This document shows positions 60,001 through 64,000 of a stretch of 64,000 bases of DNA, piece after piece. The first letter of the stretch is position 1; each line of letters starts with the position of its first letter. The stretch comes from Selaginella moellendorffii (taxonomy: Eukaryota; Plantae; Lycopodiophyta). Location of the stretch: NCBI RefSeq assembly GCF_000143415.4, contig NW_003314268.1, forward strand, positions 899,814 through 963,813, given 5' to 3'. The notes under the pieces were generated by a model that was given only the letters and a program-made list of their open reading frames with translations, was not told the origin of the DNA and searched no databases. The position numbers and the translations under genes are program-made.

Positions 60001-61137
60001 AGGGTGGAGGAATTGATGGATGAGCTTGGGGGAGCCTGTTTCTTCACAAAGCTGGATTTGAGATCAGGATATTATCAAATCGATATGGTGGAACGTGATC
60101 GTCACAAAACTGCATTCAAGACACACAGGGGTCTTTTCTAGTTTAAGGTGATGCCCTTTGGGCTCACAAATGCACAGGCCACATTTCAAGCTGCCATGAA
60201 CAAGGTGTTGGGAAGGTTCTTGCTCAACTTTGTGGTGGTGTTCTTTGATGACATCTTGATCTTCAGCCGAACTTGGAAGCTGCACCTCAGTCATGTGGAA
60301 CAAGTCTTGCAAGCGTTGGAGGAAGCAAGAGTAGTGTGCAAGCTCGCAAAGTGTTCTTTTGGTGCTGTGGAAGTGGACAACCTGGGATTTGGGAGGTGGC
60401 AAAGGGCTGGATTCACATCCTAACACAGGTACTCCACTTGGATAGACTCCTAGATTTGTATGATCTAGCAAGCTGACAGACTGTGTAGCCATTCCTCCAG
60501 AGACTGATGATGCTTGAACATATCCAGAACGATTTGGCAACTTGGCTTGCTTAAACTATGATGCCAAAGTGATTGCTCTGTCAAGATCAGCTAGTTCATG
60601 GCATCACACATAGCTCGTCACTCACTCGTTGACAGAATCCTGTAAGGCTAAAAAGCATTTAAAAATGCAATCTTCAAATCATCCCAAGTGAAAGTTGCTC
60701 TTGCCACCACTGCTGCATACCACTCTGCAGGAACATCCTTCAACATCACTGGAAAAATTCTTTGCCACAAAGTTTGCTCACTATTTGCTGTGCTCATGTT
60801 CTCAAATGTGGTGACATGCTCTTCAAGGTCACCAAATGTCACATATGTGGGATACTTCATCCAGCTAGCAACTGCTAGTGGTGGTATTGCTGTCATCATG
60901 ATAACTGATTGCTGCTGTTGGTGTTGTGGTGAACTTTGGTAAATTCCCCACTCTTCTTCCTCGGTCTGCCGACTTTTGTGGTGTTTTTTCTGAAGAAGAC
61001 TCTGAATCATTTTGCTGGCACTTCTTAAATCTTGCTTCTCTATCTTTTGTCTGTTTTTCTGATTTCTCCCTTCTAAGAATATTCTCTATGGCTTTTTCTA
61101 CTTGTTCTTGTTGTCGTCTCTGGCCATGCATGCACAA
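57098..61137 (-). mobile_element. Degenerate retrotransposon gag, split by the 57291-60425 insertion
   Basis: KYPTY...DLEEHVTTFE...IFPVMLKDVPAEWY...TWDDLKIAFL (60648-61010) and LVKALTKKMRDLQVN (57098-57280) lie on either side of the insertion. Confidence 0.65.
57291..60425 (+). mobile_element. Internally deleted Ty3/Gypsy element with a tRNA-Met PBS
   Basis: 5' LTR at 57291-57471 (TGTTA...TAACA), PBS TGGTATCAGAGC at 57474-57485, gag CFDCEQKWTRGHHLVC, protease LVDFGASHTF and RT WRLCVDYRALN...FFDDILI. It ends with the last 18 bp of an LTR. TSD CAGGT on both sides. Confidence 0.88.
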
Positions 61138-64000
61138 GCTACTACTTTACAGCTGAAGTCTGGCCTTCCATGCTCAGCTTCAATGCTCATGAACACAGCT
61201 CCTGACTAACACACCAAACAAGACAACTAGAATTAATTAAATACTCCAAAAGCTGCATAGGAACAAAAGCTTCTATTCCTCTAACAATTCAGCCAAGACT
61301 TAGGCTAGCAGCCTAATCCACTCTTGCCTATAGTGCAGGAACATTGTACTCACTCCCTGCTCACCGAATAACCTTGCTTGCTCTGCACGTCACTGCACTC
61401 AAATACACTGCATCACCACATCGTCTCTACATTGTAATCCATTGTTTTGCCTCTTTGACTCATGCCAAGCTCCACTTGTCATTCTCCTCCCGTCCCTAAC
61501 TTTTCTTAACTTCCTTTCCTCTTGTCACGAACTCTTGGAATATCCTTCTTTTGAATATTCTCTAGAATCTTGACACTTCTCCACTTCAACTCTCAAAAAA
61601 CAGAAGAAAGTGCCAATGTTTTATCACTGACAAATAGAAGGTCATGTCATCCATTGTGCCTTATGATGTCCAAATCCAAGGTTGAACTCAAGTGGCAAAG
61701 CCAACTTAGATTTCATAAAGACTCTCCAATATATGTGAAGAAAACCTGAAGTTGTCTCATGAGCTAAAAGGTAAATACCTTTTAGCAAATTTGTTAAAAT
61801 AAATAAAACGATAGACAACTTGCCTATTTAGAATTGTATCTTTCATAGCAGTGGGGATGTGAGGTAGACAGAACATGATAAACTTTTTTAGCTACTGAGT
61901 TTTGATTAACTTTAATTTTCTCACTAGATTTTTCAGCCATCATCCATTTGAAGAAGTTGGTAGAACCTTGTAAATTTCTTGAACAACATCATTGAGAAAG
62001 TCTGTGAAAATGGAATAAGTAGGCAAAGAAGATATAGAAAGAATAAAGTTTATAATAGACTTTATAAAGTTTTTTTGTGAAGTTTCATGAGATGGTGCAT
62101 GATATTGTTGACCATGTTTAGCTGGAGATCAAAGCATTATAAGTCATTAAAGAGCCCTTACTTGATAATTACTGGATAAAAAAGCCCTTCCTATTTATTC
62201 CTTAAGATTCTAAAGATTTATAGTGATAGTATATTCTAACCCCATGCACTACAAAAATAAACACTATTTAATTATTACAGCTACAATCTCATTTCTTTGT
62301 TTTTTCTGTTTAGTAAACTCACGCTGTAGGTTAGAAAGTTGTTTGAGCTCAATTAGTATATACTAATACTTAGTTCTATAGCCAGTTTGATCCAAAGTCA
62401 AATATTTGAGAGACAAGATAATGTAAACATCTTTTGGGATGTATTAGGGTGGTGGTGGTAGATATACCTAGAATATACTTAAATATTCTAGGATATTCTA
62501 CTATCTAAAGAGTATTATTTATTCTTTATAAAACATGTTTATAATTTATAAACCCTCCTACATACTTCCTAGTATATTCTTATTTATTCTACCATCTAAT
62601 GGTTGATATGCAATAAGGTTAATCTTGATTTATAAACTATAAACATAATTATAATTATTAATCAATTGAATTATTTAATAATACTAAATAGCAATGACAC
62701 TACTATTAAGCAGATCAAATGTTGCTACGTGCAAGGCACAACAAATTATATTTCTATAGGGTGTTGCCAAGTCACAGTAGAAACCTATAATAATAAAGAG
62801 AAGTTGCCAAACCTTTTGGATTGTCAAATCCTAACTGTCAAAGAGTCATTTTATAACCATGTCTTAGTGAATAATTGTGTTGATGAGGTTGCCAATTGCA
62901 CAGGCCAAGAGAAGAAATCATGCATGTTGACTAAATTCTAAAGCATTGACATAACCTTTTGCACTTTGCCCTCTGCCATCAAGTTGTATCCTACAGTGGA
63001 GACTCACTTGAGAGTGGTGATTCACGCTGCACCTTCTTCTCTAGGGTTATGATTTCACTGTGCAAAACACCTAATTGCAAATGCTAGGTTTGCATATCTT
63101 TGATTTTCTTGTTGGATTGCTTCTAGAGTGCCATGATTCATAGCTCCCCAATCTCTTTATTGCCACCAGCATGCTCTCATGGGATTCCAGGGTTTCTCTA
63201 CAGGTGTGCAGCAGCATCATGGGTGAAAGGGTGAAGCTAAGCACCAAGATAATATCTATGCTTGAGAAAATCAATAGTGTCAAGTCGATCAAGTCAATGG
63301 TGTTTCAGTTCCCACAATGCTCAAGCTTGTCAAAGGGCCACTCCAAAAGGCTGGTTTCAAGCTCAAGATTGGCATGAGCGGCAGCAAGAGGAGTGGCTCA
63401 CTAACTGTTCTTCTCAACCTTAAGGTCACTGGAGTGTTATGGCATCCAGAACGTTTTCGTGATGGATCAATCCTTGGTAGAATCTGCAAGCCATGGTTTG
63501 AGTTCACACTTGAGGTAACTTCCAAGGCTTAAAGTTCATGTTTATTCAAACTCTTAGGAAATGGCTAAATAATTTGATTTTCTGATGTGATTCCAAGCTC
63601 CAAACAAAGTTATAGTGACATGTTTGTAAGTTGATTGTCAAATTGCTCACATAAATGCATGTACTGTAGACCTGGCTGTGATTAACTCAGCTTTAATCAG
63701 CTACTTAATTTAGGACCTTTCTATGATAGGGACTCTAATTTGGGGTCTAAAAACCATGTAGAATATCATCCAAACAATTTCTCTTTGCAGCAGCAAACTA
63801 AACAGATGTAGAGACAGTGAAAGTCTTAATGCTTGATAAAATGGAATGTAATTACTTTCCTTTCCCAGAATGAGTGATTCCAACTTAGGTTTTGCAAGCC
63901 TGGATACTAAAATCCTATCGATTTGATTTCCTTTGTCTTTCAAACTTTTATGTGGCTAGATCCAGACATTCATAAGCACACTTCCAGCCAAAGTGTCTTG

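Noticed and set aside
61200-64000. Short ORFs in the terminal AT-rich region
   Set aside because: No motif I could support. Probably decayed TE sequence.

Overview
This is eukaryotic plant genomic DNA. The 50-70 nt GT-AG introns, dense gene packing, PLS-class PPR gene and TE content point to a compact non-seed-plant genome, most like the lycophyte Selaginella (inference, no database search). A gene-dense core (about 8-35 kb) holds an AIPP2-like PHD/zinc-knuckle/SPOC-like gene with a tandem microexon array, a serine incorporator, RNase H2A, a small orphan ORF, an intronless SCARECROW, a DUF6816-like gene, REV1, a GT61 glycosyltransferase, an AT-rich bulb-type lectin, a double retropepsin-type protease, a PPR-E gene and a CYP450 pseudogene. 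From 36.5 to 44.5 kb lies an ~8 kb diverged inverted duplication carrying an orphan gene pair. Its central spacer recurs at 0.8-2.1 kb with an extra GMC-oxidoreductase exon fragment inserted. The flanks are nested retrotransposon fields. These include four copies of a 5S-rRNA-bearing Cassandra-type TRIM, and a young short-LTR Ty3/Gypsy element with a tRNA-Ala-like PBS, a 4-bp TSD and a canonical -1 frameshift signal (G GGA AAC plus H-type pseudoknot). Exon boundaries and alignments were worked out by eye, so several gene ends are approximate.
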